In this document: in pieces, positions 1-15,000 of the stretch | Layout of the letters: each line of letters begins with the position of its first letter | How positions within the stretch are numbered: the stretch's first letter is position 1 | Assembly (NCBI GenBank): GCA_013115145.1 | Contig: JAAPAO010000119.1 | Span: 6,834 to 70,833, forward strand | Origin: Perkinsus chesapeaki ATCC PRA-425 | Lineage: Eukaryota > Protista > Perkinsozoa | Length of the DNA: 64,000 nucleotides | Direction of reading: 5' to 3' | Made by a program: the position numbers and the translations under genes | The notes under the pieces: model-generated | Told to the model about the DNA's origin: nothing | The model's input: only the letters and a program-made list of their open reading frames with translations | The model's database searches: none

Positions 1-3000
1 AGAAGGCGATGTACAGGTAAGAAGAAGAAGCACCTCATTAAAGCTTTCTCTAATCATTATCGGTGATGGGGAACTGTGCTATTGACGAATGTGTCACAGA
101 CTGACCTCCAGAGCATCCATTCCTTGTATCTGTATCTGAGTTGCCGTACAAATCGAAAAGAGGCAAATCGTGTGCCGTCCACGCAAATTCGGTCAGAAAT
201 TTTGAATCGATTTTTTTCTCGAAAGGACGCACTTTGCCTTCGCAAATTATGGAAAGTATTTATTGCACATTTCGAAGGATGGTTTTTTAGGTATCTCTCG
301 TGCTTAAGTGAGCCTTGGGACGGCCCTGCAATGCTTGCCTTTACCGATGGCGATGTCCTTGGTGCCACTCTTGACCGAAATGGGCTCAGACCGAGCAGGT
401 GAGCATCCAGGATTCGGGAAAAGATCGGTATGATTGCATTTCATTACGGTGTTTATTTTACTTCAAGTGTTTATCGTGGAAGGAGAGATGTAGAATGGAT
501 TCTGCGAACAGCACACGCAGTCGCTTCAACGGTAACAGTGAAGTAGCATAGCGATCGTACAGTGTAGCAATCTATTAAGAAGTACATAGCAGTTGGGGCG
601 TCAATTATTATCGTCGCTTATGCGTTTATCGAATATCTTCCACGGATTTGGGGAATTGATTACAGTTGTCATATAGTAACAGGGTGACTTGGCCTGAATT
701 GATGAGGAGGATTGAAGCGGTCAGGTTTATGATCACCAAAGGTGGCTTGTTTGTATTGTCCTCTGAAGTTGGTGTTGTTGACGTTGATTCCTCGGATGTC
801 CTGCAGAAGGGTCGTCTTGGTCCTGGAAGGATGATATTAGTGGATACTAAACAAGGTCAGTTGATCTCCACTGATTTCACAACGATTGCGATATTCACCT
901 ACCGATTATTCAGTCGGATAAAATTATATAGTCATCGAACTACCCTAATGAACGCCCTGTATGAAAACTAATAGCATGTATCAATTCAGTCGATGCGATA
1001 ACCTCGGTCTCTGTCGAGCAGTGAATTCTCAGGTTCGCAGTAGTTGCCTGAGGATTCTATTTCTGCACAACTAATATTAGCTTTGAGATAATTGCTGATG
1101 TTCACTGAGGGTACACTCCTCGACACAGTCAAAGTCCATCTCCTAAAGGCGACTTTGGAATTTAATTGTTTTTTCGAGTTGAAATTTCTTAGTTGAGCTA
1201 CACAAGCGAGCTTGCTCAGAGCTTTTCCAATTTTATATGATTCCAAAAATCCCATGGAAAATTCAAGACCAGATATCGCCGATGTTTTCAGGGCGCGTGA
1301 TTCTAGATGAGGAGATCAAAAAGACGTTGAGCGCTAGCGCACCTTTCGCCGACTTCCTCAAGCAAGCTGTTTTTATAGACGCCGAATCGACAAAGAAAGT
1401 GGCGCATGATGATAATATATTTTCGACCGAGAAGAACAAGGTGGGCTACTCGATGTGATCGATTGTATAGGTGATGCTGTTTCAATGATACCAATCTACG
1501 GAATTATATCACTCATTTCCTTGCATTTATCGCCAGTGAGAATGACTTGTTTCTCGCAACTTTGACTAGAGCCGTCCTATTGCCACTAGGAAAACTAATT
1601 GTGTGCATCTTAAGAAATTTCACCCACCTTAATCGCATACACTTTCTAAACTACTTCCCGCTTACTATATAGAATCTCTATTTTCCACTTTACTCCATCT
1701 TCGAATGTAAATTTCCGATCAGTCTTTTACTATAGTTTCGTACCGTCGTCCTCCAGGGTATTCCTATCACGCTCGACGTACTGGATGTCCCAGAGGCTAC
1801 GTTGACCGAACAGTTGGTGATGCACGGTTATTTTTCGGAGCTAGTTGATATGGTACTCAGCCCTATGGCGCGAGTGGCTCAGGAACCGCTGGGTAAGAAA
1901 GCCACAAGTGGGCCTTGTTGCAGAGGTTAATGGAATGAATAATGTGCAACTAGATTCAAGCAAGATTCTTCTGAATATCTACAATCTCGTAGTCGCTTCC
2001 TGCTAGAATGCCAAGTAGTGCTTACTTGGGATATGAGAGCCGCATGACGCTCTCCAGCAGGAGGGTTGACAGAAAATAAGAAATAAGTCCATCAGTAGTA
2101 TCAACCTACTTGTTACTACCAAGTGTTACCAAGTGTGCCGTAGTTTAGTAATTCGCTGCATGATGGCACTTCAGTTGTGGTAGACCAACGCCAGGCGGTC
2201 TCGGATAGAGTTCACACTATATGCTCCTAGTGTCGTAAGATATTTTTGCCAAGCTCTTCATGATCACACCTCGACATTAGAAATATCTCTTCATCTGTTT
2301 CCCAAAGTCTGAATCAGATTCTGCTTCCCGAGCACTACGTTGAATCTTCTTATCAGGTTCAATGGGTCATGATGCTCCACTGGCATGTCTGTCTCGCCTG
2401 CCTCTATCATCCTTCTACTACATGCAGCAACTATTCGCTGAAGCCACCAATCCAGCAATCGATCCTCTTCGAGAGTCGATCGTCATGAGCCTTGAATGCC
2501 CCATCGGGCCACAGCTAATAGGTTGCACTGAGGGTTGCGGGGTAGCGGATTTCGGTCGTCCCCATGCCATCGCGTGCGGCTCGGAGCCTGCCAGGAGGGT
2601 CGTCTTGGATGAGCCAATATTGTGCCCGTGGAGATACCAGCAATTGCTAGACTTGGAGGCCGACAACGACTCTGGCATATTCCCGTTTAGCGTTGTTGAT
2701 ACTACATATAGGATCGAAGCTGCAAGAGACATTAAAAGGAGCGCAGGTGAGAATAGTTTCTCCCACTTAGAAAATCGGCTTTTTATCGATTTTTCGTGGA
2801 CTTTTGCTATGAAGTATTCTACTAGGAGTTTTACGCGAGAAGTAGCGAGCACGTTTGTATTCGCTGATTTGTAGTTAATATGTATAATTACTTATTTACT
2901 GTTAGTCTGCCATGGGGTTCGAACCTGTGCCATTTCTTCAGCCCTGCGAGATTTCTCTGGCGCCTGTGCCCTGGAGTCTCGACTTCACGACATCTGTGAG

Positions 3001-6000
3001 GAGGCGGAGGCTGCAGTGCGCGATGGAGCGGGCGTTCTTATCTTGTGCGATCGCCGTGCTGGTAAGATGAATTAATTTGGTATATTCTTGTCCAGAACTT
3101 TGTCGACAAATTGGCCTGCTTGATGGTTGATAATCTGCTCCACTATCATAAGACCTTAACGGGGGACTTGAAAAATGCAGTTCGACGCAATGAAATAGGA
3201 TATTTTCCCGATCTCTAAGTCAGTATCGAGTGCTGGAAAGTGAAGTTTTAATTTCGAAATTCTCCTTCAAGTGATATACACGGGAAATACTAATTTCTGA
3301 TCAGGTCCTAGTAGAGTCCCAGTCGATTCCCTCCTTGCAGTGGGAGCGGTGCACCACCACCTCATCAAGTGCAGGTTAAGGAGCCAAACTGCTATTATTG
3401 CCGAGGTGAAGACAAGGGCTCTTCCCCATTCGCCACAATAATGCTGCACGGGTGCCGATAGGGTATGCTATTATGTATGCATATACTTGATTGGTTGGCC
3501 GATAGTTATCGCCTAAAACAGGGCTTGCTAAGAGAATGCTGTTCAACTGTGTGAAACTCCACCAGCCGCCTCAACTCTGTTAAATGCATAGTTCGACGCC
3601 TACTAAGGATAGTCAGAATTCAGATCACAGCATCTTGCCTCTTATTTACCTTTTCCTCCAATGGGGCTTCCCAAGTAGTCATTCTGGTATGCAGTAGTCA
3701 TCGTATATATAATACGCCATAAGTCCTTACCGCTGCTCCTCAGGTGGCCTCTGTGTCGTCCATCCATCAGATGTGTTGTCTCCTTGGATTTGGTGCCGAT
3801 GCCATTTACCCTTACCTCGCCTATGCGGCCCTGACAAAGTAAGAATATTACTCTCCCATCATCGATGAATGTGGTGTAGAGTACGACCGACCAACTCGGG
3901 AATTGGCAATGAGTCGGCGAGAACTGAGCTGAGCTTGAACAAGATGGTGAAGAACTATCGGGCAGCAACTCATGCTGGGATACTCAAAGTGAGTGTCGAT
4001 TGATTAGTTTATGATTTATAAAATAATTCAATTGATAATATATTAACTTCGAAAAGCTGACTTTATATTGATCGATTCAGTGAGTCGTTGTAATTCGTTG
4101 AAAAGTCTTTTGGGGTAGCGATAATGTTGTGGTTTACGATGAGTAAGGAGCACTAAGAGGAAACTCCCGAATATACCCTACCCGGGGATCGAACCCGGAA
4201 TCTCCACCTTAGGAGGGTGGCGCCTTATCCATTAGGCCACCAGGGCGCGTGATCATTGCCTCGGGGGTTTTCCCCGTATTTCGACAGCTCAAGATACTCA
4301 GGTCATGTCCAAGATGGGTATATCCTGCCTATCCAGCTATAAAGGAGCTCAGCTCTTCCAATGCATCGGCCTCGCCGCCGGAGTCAAAAGCCTGTGTTTC
4401 GTCGATTGCATGTCCTCGCTCGGCGGAGTTGGCTTCAGATCGCTTCAAGAGGATGCATTGAGGCTCCACACCAACGTACCAGACAGAATCGCTCGCCCTG
4501 GTTATCGATTTCGTCTTCTACTTAGGCATATCCTTCCCGACCTTTACCGCCGTTGGTTGACACCGAAACGAGTCGAGCGGTGTTACCGGAGATGGGGCTT
4601 TATCACTTCCGTTCGGTTGGCAACAATTCGGAGCTGCACATGAACGCTCCGGATGTCATTGCCAAGATACAGGTGATTTATTTAATGTCCTCGCCGGGGT
4701 TCGAACCTGGGTGTCTTCAGGAATCGGCTCGGAAGGATTCGCCGGCAGCTTACAAGGAGTACGAGGAATGGGAGAATGCCTTGGTTGATGAATGCGAGCT
4801 TCGAGGGTTACTTGAGATTTGTTACGATAAATGCACACCGATTGCTATAGAGAAGGTCGAAACTGAATCAGATATAGTTAAGCGATTCTGTACAGGTAAG
4901 CTCTAGTAGACTCTAGTGGACTAATTTACTTAGTGGAAATTAGAGCATTTCCCAAATCGGTAACGAACTTCACTTTCCCACTAACGATGGTAAACGATGG
5001 ATAACAATATCCACTCTTTAAATTTCCAAATAATATTCGAGTTTTGGGATCGCTTCTGTACAGTCGTTGCTTTAATCAGTAGTCCAGAGGTTCGTTAAAT
5101 GACGACATTCCGGTTTTTTTAACCTGTGAAATGAAGGCGGTGCTTTGGCTTCTTAGACCTGCTTCACTGAATAGATTCCTTCACAAAAATATTGTGTTGA
5201 GAGAATTCGAAAAAACGTAATAAGTTGACAATTCGGGAGAGTTTCTCGAAGTCTCCGGCAAATTTGGGCGCTCTCTGGTCTCTGAGGGATTTCACCTTGC
5301 CGTTAGGCGCGGTGTCCTTCGGTGCTATTTCCGCGCCAACTCACGAGGCACTCGCGGAGGCGATGAACTCTCTTGGCGGTCGATCTAATACCGGAGAAGG
5401 TGGCGAGGATGAATCAAGGTAAATCGATAGGGTCGACGCGGTAGTTTCACGCGCCACGAAATTGCTTGGTTTCCAATCATACAGGGTATCAAGAGGTAAC
5501 TTGTGTACTTGATGGGTACATTGTCAGAGAACGCTCGCTGTGAATGGTCGGAGCATACATATTTAAGATAATGCTATCCTCAACCTCTACAGTTAACCAA
5601 ATACGCAGTCACGTCATTATTATCATTTTTCCATAGTTGAAGTGCACTTTGGAATTTTCTCGACTCCTTTTGGTTGGAACGAAAAAGTTTTTGGGAATTT
5701 ATTGGCACTATGTGATTTCGTAAGTGATGAAGAATGTCCTCTTCGGCAAATTAAAGTTTTGTTGGCAATTGTAATATTCTTCTTTTCTACCTTTGCTCGA
5801 TGATCTCTATTTTTATTCTATCTTTTCTTCACTGTCTTTTCTCTATACCTCTACTTCTCCACTATACTCTATATCTCCCCGTTAAGTTACCCAAGAGCTA
5901 GTGGTTCTTTACACTAGCTCTTTACATCTTTACTCTGCTCCTTTATTACCAGCCTTCCTCAATCCTTCGTTTCTCATACGGCAAATCACTCAGGAGCTTC

Positions 6001-9000
6001 CAAACGCCTTGTTGGTCGCCGAAATTTTCGCCTCCTTTAAGAGAAACTCAATCTCCTTTGTCACTTTCAGATTTGGTCAAGACAGCGATACACGTTCTCG
6101 TATCAAGCAAGTGGCATCTGGTCGTTTCGGTGTAACTGCGGCATACTTGGCCGACGCCGATGAGATTCAGATCAAGCTCGCTCAGGTGAGTTCCTTTCGA
6201 ACCATAATTCTCAACCCTGTTAAGGTTTACGGTTCGAAACACTTTTAAGTTAACAGTTGCCCTTGTGGTACATTTCACAACAATCGATTTCTCTTATCCG
6301 AAAGCTATGATCACACTGTTCCCACAGTGATTTGTTAAATACTCTATTTCTATCGACACCACTGTGTGCTTGTGTCTGCTGCACGCAGACGTCCAGTGTA
6401 TTATTTATTGTAGGGAGCTAAGCCAGGCGAAGGTGGTGAATTGCCCGGATACAAAGTCGTTGGTGCCATTGCTGAGATAAGGAAATCTACTCCCGGCGTT
6501 GGTTTAATATCTCCACCGCCTCACCACGATATGTATAGTATAGAAGATGTAGCGCAGTTGATATCGGATTTGAAACATGTAGGTGGGGCTTGGAAAAATA
6601 CCCTACCCGGGGATCGAACCCGGAATCTCCACCTTAGGAGGGTGGCGCCTTATCCATTGGGCCAGCAGGGCTGATGTGATTCTGTCAGACCAACCCGAGT
6701 GCCAGGATATCTCTCAAGCTGGTATCCAAGATTGGTGTGGGCATCATCGCTGCTGGCTTGGTGAAGGGAGGAGCAGGTCATGTCGTCATTTCCGGAAACA
6801 GCGGAGGTGAGTCGTCCGTAAGACCTGTTCTCACAGTACATCCAGGAACCGGTGCGGCGAAGTGGACCAGTATCAAGCACGCTGGTGGACCATGGGAGCT
6901 AGGGATTGCCGAATCACATCAAGTAAGGACAGTCTTCACTTGAACGTTTTGTTAAACTGTATTATCTGTACTGGAGGACCGTTAGTTGGCACCAACACAA
7001 CAAGTTGTATGTTCTTATATTATATCTGAGTTATCACATATTGTTGGATACTCATTTAGCACGGTCCTGATTAGAGCACAAAAACACATAGGAGTTTGTT
7101 TCCCACAAAAATAGTGCAAGCAGCTTTAATGCATAGGTTAAAACTGACCATTTGACTGAGGATCTTTTGGGGGATAGTGCTCATAATATCCGTTAATCAA
7201 TCCTGTAACAGTTACGATAATCTAACTCGGAGTTAGATTATCCCTTCTATGTGTAACTCCCTATAGGTTTTAATCCTCTGTAGCCTAAAGCCTCCTGTAA
7301 ATTTCCATTGGTAATATCAAGCTTCAATCTTCCCCAGCTGATTCACGTATACATTAATCATATAGCACTCTTTGAACGTTATGTTTCTGCTGCTTCACTG
7401 TCAGGTGCTGGTATTGAACGGTCTCCGTGATAGAGTGACACTGCAAGCTGATGGGCAAATTAGAACTGCCCGAGACGTTGTTTATGCTGGATTACTGGGG
7501 AGTGATGAGATTGCTATGACCACAGTAAGTGAGGCCGGAGGAAGCCTTTGGAAAAATAATCAATTAAATTAGAAAATGTCGGTATGAGCTCAGGTGCCCA
7601 TGATCGCGCTCGGTTGTGTGATGATGCGGAAATGTCATCTCAATACCTGTCCAGTCGGAATAGCCACTCAAGATCCGGAGCTGGTGAAGAAGTTCGCTGG
7701 ACAGCCGGAGGACTTGGTCAACTTCCTTTGGTTGATGGCGGGTGAAGTCCGCAGGATTATGGCCAAGCTTGGGATAAAGCGCTTCCAGGTGAGCACCGTG
7801 CTTGATGGAAATGAAGATCTGTCAACACAATTGATCTACGAGGAATTTAGAAATGACACATCGAAGTTAAGCCACTTCCTCAACGACGCGATCGCTTCTT
7901 TACGGGGATTCATCCGCTTCAAAGTGTACGCTCTTCTAAGGTTTAAATTGATCTCAAGTCTAATATATACATTACCTTCTGCGGGTGGAACTCCATAGCA
8001 GGAATTCCGGCGTGAAAATATTTCCGAGCCGATAAAAGATGGAATTTTCTGGAAGCGTTTGGTGGTCGACCATGGCTCTTGGAGAATCTCCATTACAATG
8101 CACTTTTGATCAGTACAAACGTGGCCTTGTGCTTTATCTTCGTTCACTTTTGCGATGAGCTCTCTACCACTCTTTGCTTTCATGGTAGGATTTAATCGGT
8201 AGAACAGATTTACTTCGTATGAAGTCTGTTGTCCGCGAGAATATGAAGACTGCTGAGATCGACTTGTCTGATATGTTGAAGCCTACGTGGGACCCTCGCA
8301 GGAGGAACAGCGCTAGGAGGTAGGCCAAATTCTGAATCGATCACGTGATCGATTTCGTCTCCAGGGGCCTACGCGATGATACTTCGGTGACCGGGTCTAC
8401 CATGACGGGGCTGTCGGAAGCTGCCTTTGCTGAAGAGCTGGATCAACGTATCCTCGCCAGAGCTCGACCCATGATCGAAGGGGATGAAAAGGATCTCACT
8501 GTTGAAGTAGGCAAGTGGTGATCGACTTAGCCGTATGTGCTGCCAAGATTATTAACATTTTTAGATTAAGGACCCAATCTCGATTAATAACAGCGACAGA
8601 ACCGTTGGGGCACGCGTGTCTTACGAGATCGCCAAGCATCGAGGATCAGTGGGACTGCCGGAAGGTGAGTAGGTCGACAAAAATCGTAAAATTTAATACA
8701 AAGCACTTTAGGTTTGGTAACCATTGATGATTGAAATTTTCCTTCACGCCTCTGCATTGATCCTATTGCTCATATATAGTGTCCTCTTGTCATGAGGAAT
8801 TCATGCGTACGGACCTGCGGTGTATGAGATTTCCGAAATCCAAAATGAGAATTCATTATAATCAGACGTTGATATACTATATTTTGTACTGACTAATTTT
8901 GCACCCATCTCACCAACTGCTATCCGCCTGAACTCACCATATTTCCCTTATGAGGGATTTCGCACTCGCAACTCGCCAGGATTATTGCCCTTAGGTTCAC

Positions 9001-12000
9001 TCTTCGTGGCGTTCTTCGGTAGCGCTGGCCAGTCTTTTGGCTCGTGGTTGATGAGAGGAGTAACCTTCTCGTTAGAAGGAGAGGCGAATGATTATGTTGG
9101 AAAGGGCCTTTGTGGCGGAGATATTGATATAGTAAGACTTGATCTATATAAATACAGTATGCGCAATCTAGAGCCACTTTTCGTGTGCATGACTCAAGTT
9201 CTCAACTACCACTTAAATCGAAATGGCTTTTGGTATGGGAACTCTCCTAGCGTCGTTGAAATTAACCACCGACTAGGTTTTTGGAAATTTCGGTACATAT
9301 CTAAAACGAGAATAAATAATATATCTCTGACGTATTTATATCAATCATATAGTGTATTATATTTTATTAATTATTCGTAAATATAAAGTATAAGTATTAA
9401 TTTTTTATAATATGGGTAACAGTGAAGTGTTTAAATACCCCTTTTTACATTCCCCCAATCGTCCGTTATTTCCTACCTGTGGGGCGGCCCGAGCTGCAAA
9501 ATAGGCTCGGCCTTGTGAAATTTTTCTTGCTGTCGAAAGCTGGCGAGTTGCAGGCATTTGAAACCATAAGCAACATAAGTTATTAAGTACCAGGACTAAC
9601 CAGAGCGTTATTCGGTCGCTGAAAACACGCGTAAGTTCGAATCGAACGCGCGACCTTTTCAAGTCTGGACGTGCGCTCTACCATTGAGCTATTGCGCCCT
9701 TCCAGCGTCCTCCGAAACCCTGCGCTCCTGAGTTCCGCCCGGAGGATAACGTCATTATTGGGAATGCATGCCTCTATGGTGCAACCGGCGGCCGTCTTTT
9801 TGTGAACGGGCAGGCTGGTGACAGGTAAGGTCGCCATGTGTTCGAAATTTCAACTTTCATGTTTAGATTTGCCGTCCGTAATAGCGGTGGAGTTGCTGTC
9901 GTTGAAGGATGTGGTGATCACGGCTGTGAATATATGACTCGAGGAGTTGTCGTCGTCTTGGGGACAACTGGACGCAACTTTGCAGCGGGTAAGGAGGAGG
10001 AGAAGGCTTGTTATTATGTTATCAAATTTCAGGTATGTCTGGCGGCCTGGCATACGTACTAGATCTCGATCGAACATGTTGTAACAAGCAAACAGTGTAT
10101 CTCGACCCACTTGGCGGTGATGCCCGCGAAGATAAGTAAGTATTGCTTGCCGAGTTTGCCATGGTCAATTCCGTGAAAGTTTTGTCGGCAGATTTAACCA
10201 TGAGAAAATAGTATGCTTGTATATTTAGTATATTTGTAATGTATAATATTTATAAACCCCTCCACAAAATTATATCACCTACGGTTTTCCAGCGTTAGCT
10301 CATCTAATACAAAAAGTTTAACGTTCATTTTGTGTCAGTTGCTCCTACGGGGTGTATGAAGCACGATAGTCAAGACTGTGATGTCATTTTCGCTCGCCCA
10401 GTGAAATTTTATGAAACTGCCAAAAATCGCGCTTCCACAAATTTATTATGTTTTTTAAGATCAACTACATTTACTATTAATAATCTTTCTTGATAACAAC
10501 TTTTGACTGTTGGTAATACTAACTTAGTATCATCTAATCTTCCCAACTCCAAACCATCCATGATACGATATTCGTGTCTGGTCAAAACCTACCGGAAATT
10601 CGTGGATTCATTTTTAAACACCATTTTAATGTCTCGATACACCTTTCAACATCGGTTTCTTGCCACGTGCATCAGCAAATCTGCCATTTTTAATAAGTCC
10701 TTGTTCATTCAAAACCCGAAACCCTACACTTCAAAACGCTTAATTCCAGTGTATCTCATAATTCAGGATCGCACTGAAGGCCCTCCTTGCTGAGCATTTG
10801 AAAAGAACTGGTTCCCCTAAGGCGGCGGAGCTTCTTTCTGACTGGGCGAACTCAATTAATAGATTCACTAAAGTAAGCGAAGAGGGCATTCGGCAACAGA
10901 GGAGGAGAAGCGAATTTTTCACGATTTGTGAGCCATTCGACGGAATGGAGAAGCTGGCCGTGGATGCGGCATCCTCTTCTACAGTTGTGATCCTCGTTAA
11001 TCGTCGAAAAGTTCAAATCTGGTGAAAGTGACTACTTCCTTGCCGAGATTTCTTTATTTTAGGCGATCAGTTTGTGCATATTACGATTGGCGATATTATG
11101 ATATATTTAAATCGTTACTCAGGTATTTCCCCACGAATATAAACGTGTGATGAAGGAGGCAATCGTTGAACATGTTAAAACTGGCAGTACAGTGGCGGCC
11201 AGCATTCTCAACGACTTTGAGAATATGCGCCGTTCGTGCGTCACCACAAAGACTTCGGCCAAAAGCGTGAGTTTAGTGAAGGACGTTTGCAAAACTGTAA
11301 AAGATTTTCATGGGCAATTGAAAGGCGTCCTCTGGCTCCATTATAATGAAATGTGACATGTCTGATGTCGCTAGGATTGCCTCGCGTGCTTTTTCTTGTT
11401 CGCGAGTACAATGAGAAGTGAAATTGAAGCCTTCGATGCGTAACAGCGTTCTAATGAAACTGTCGAGGTTCAAGTAAGAAATTTAATATCTAAAGAATAT
11501 CGCGGAAAAACGTAGTTGCTAATTGTTTGTTTTAGACTGGGTATTAGTAGTTGAATGTGATGTATCTTTTCGTTGTCGTCCAGCCTTTTGAGGGAGAATC
11601 TTCACGCACTACGAAGATTTCTTGGCAGATAATAACACGTTATAATTTATGGCGAAGTACCGTGGACGGGCGAGAGGACCACACGCTGGAGGCTCTTGGC
11701 TTGGGAGATGCTCCGAAGGAGAAAGTTGGAGATCTTATCCAGAGCGTGGCATCTGGACGAGGGATGGCGAGAGCATTCAGAATGGGGTAAGTGATCATTT
11801 TGTGGCGCGCTAGAAATTCTGTCGTCCTATGAGCCTTGTACTTCGGAATGCCTATTTAATTAAACCCAGTTAGCGGGTGAAAGTATTGTGTAAACGTTTT
11901 GCTTCAAGGTGGGTGTCGAGAGGTGCATACTTGGATATATTTTCCGTACATTCGTGTGATATATCTCTGTTTGAAGGTATCGAATGTGGAGGCAAGGCCA

Positions 12001-15000
12001 CTATAAAGGCTCTAAAGACGTTCTTCATGGTCTGGATCTGGACCACTTCCTGTCGGAAAGATTCCCTAAGCAATGGAAGAGATTCACGGAAGGTCTAAAA
12101 AAGGTAAGATGGCGCGGTTCTGGAGATTCCGCGCTCAAGAGTTCACAAGGGCAGACTTTATGCCATTACAATTGCTTCATATTTTAACTCTCGAGAGTCT
12201 TGAACTCCGGAGTGCATCGCACATGAATGAATTAAACTACATTTCCCCACACCGCCGCTCATCAAACCACTTCCCATGCGCTAACAGGTTCTCACAGTTG
12301 TTGGTGAGTAGCTCGCCACAATGAGAAGTTAAACTATCTCCAAAACGCATGTTCCTCGTTTCAGAACCCCGGCGCTGGAGATCCTTTGACGCCTGCTGTG
12401 AGGCTGATTGCCAAGAACAGACCCGGTGGAGACTCGACTAATCATTCGAGAAGGCCCTCGGGTGAATATGCCGACACACAAGGAAGGCCGCGGTCAAGAG
12501 GAAGCTCTTTCGACATCGAAGATATGGCTGTTCGTGGAACAGGTAAGAGTTGAGGAAATGCAAGATTTGCAAGATTTTGGCTTAGATCCCAGACCTGCCA
12601 GTGTGGCATTCCCTGATAAGCGTGCTGGATTCAAGTTGTACTCGAGGAGGAATCCTAACATCTCTCGCGACCCTAAATCGAGGGTTCTGGATTGGGAGGA
12701 GATATACAGCAAGAAGCCTCATCGTTCTAGATTGTAAGTGGACTTGTGAAGCTTCTCATTCGAAGAGATTCTTTCTAATATAATATTAAGCGTATTCAGC
12801 AATGTCATTGATAGTTACGTATCAAATCACCATATTAGGTTTTTGTATGAACAGTACTGTAGTACAGCTTATTTGGTATTGTCCGCACTTCAGTACAACT
12901 TAACATCGGCTTTTGTACTAATGATTGATTTTCGTGAGGTTCAACGGTATTGCATACCGATTTTGGTACGAGAATAACTGTTCCAAGATGAAATGGGTGT
13001 TGGCATACTTATCCCCACGTCGTAGTTGCGAAAGCAAATACACTCTTCACAACTAGAGGGGTAGAAGCGGGCTGAATATTTCTCGGCAAAATTAAACTTA
13101 CATTGATGTTTCGTTGCTGCCCACCACCGTGGCCCTCGTATCAGATACGACCAGCTTTTAACAACCCAAGCATCAAGGTGTATGGACTGCGGCACACCCA
13201 GCTGTCATTATCCTAACACGGGGGGCGGCGGTTGCCCACTGGGAAATAGAATACCAACTTTTAATCAGCTCGTATACGAGGGACAGTGGAAGCTGGCTTT
13301 GGATCGACTGTTGGATACTAATAACTTTCCGGTGAGGATCGGTTTCGCAAGAGTTGTATATTTCTTGCAAAAATAGTATTGATAGTGATAAACACTGATC
13401 TATAAGAGGCTCGTATACCAGTTGTATAAAACTAGATTTCAGGAAATTGGCTTTAAGAACAAGCAGGATTCAAACTTTATGATAATGTTAATTATATCAA
13501 AACGAGCAGCGATCATCGATATTATCTGCAATCGAGCGAATTTTATGAATGCTAATAGTAAACTCAGTAGGCTTATTATCGGTATTGTATCCTTTATATG
13601 ATATCACTGGAAACTGGGGTTACTATCCGACACTGATCATCACTGATGATTCATCAGTGATCATCATTTCATGCTTCAGGAGTTCACCGGTACCGCGTGC
13701 CCTGCTCCATGTGAAGAGGCGTGCGTTCTGGCAATCAACGAGCCGGCTGTGACGATTAAGAGCGTCGAATTGGCTATAATTGAACATGCGTTTCAAAAGG
13801 GATGGATTAAACCAATGCCGCCATTGACAAAGTGATGTCACGCGCCACAAAATTGCTATTCGTGTTTTTTCTCAGGACGTATAAAACTGTTGCAATCGTC
13901 GGAAGTGGTCCAACTGGGTTGGCTGCTGCGGCGCAGCTCAACAAAGCCGGCCACAGCGTAAGCTGGATGCTGGTAGAGTTCTAGATTCTTTTAAATCTTT
14001 GCAATCCACCGTGAAATCAAATATCAGCATGGGAAATGCGGCTCTTGTCAGCTATGAATGTGACAAGGATCAGAAATATTGAGAAGTTCCCGTTATTAGG
14101 AAAGATTCATTTCCAGCCGCCCTAGTATCTTCTTATGGAACCAAAAATGAGGGAAAAATTGTGCGCTGTATGTTAGTAATCGATCAAGTTGATAATCAAG
14201 ATCCCAAGTGTTCGAACTGAGTAATGCTCATCACGCAATCACTACGGTGTAATGCTTCAACCCATAGCTTTCTATATTCGTCAGGTTACGGTATTTGAAA
14301 GAGCCGACAGAATCGGTGGTCTCCTTGTCTATGGCATTCCCAATATGAAACTTGATAAGATTGATAAAGTTCAGAGGCGGGTTGATATCCTGCAGCAAGA
14401 AGGGATCGAATTCAAGACAGGTCAGTTCTGAGGTCCACGGTCGGTCGTAGGGTCATCGACATACGGCTTTGATCAAAGGAGACTGTGACAGAAATTCCGA
14501 TCAGTTCCTGTCGCCCGTGAGAATCATGAGAGGCTCAAGTTCCAGTCATCATAAATACCCGCTTGCAGAAAACTTACATTCGTAGCCAGTTCGCCTTTAT
14601 TCGAACATTAGAGATCAACTGAGGAACCTAGCTGTCTGTAGATGTCATAGAAAAATTACTGAGGAACAGCTGGTGTTACCAACTTGGTGATCACAGAACA
14701 GTCGCAAAGACTAACCTGCTGTATTTATGTCGGCCGGGTGTATTTATTTTGTTTTCGATGCTTTGTAGATATCGAGATTGGTTCTGAACCGTACACTTTA
14801 ACCTCGCTAAGAAGTAGCTACGACGCCGTGTTGTTGGCCACCGGTGCTACTCAATCACGAGATGCACTCGCAAAGATACCTGGACGAGATCTGAAGGGGA
14901 TCTATCAGGTAAGAATCTCCGATATTCCTGCTCTCTTATTGAAAATTTCTGATTTCGGGCTTAGTGTTAATATTGTATCGCCATTGCGGCAATGACATTG

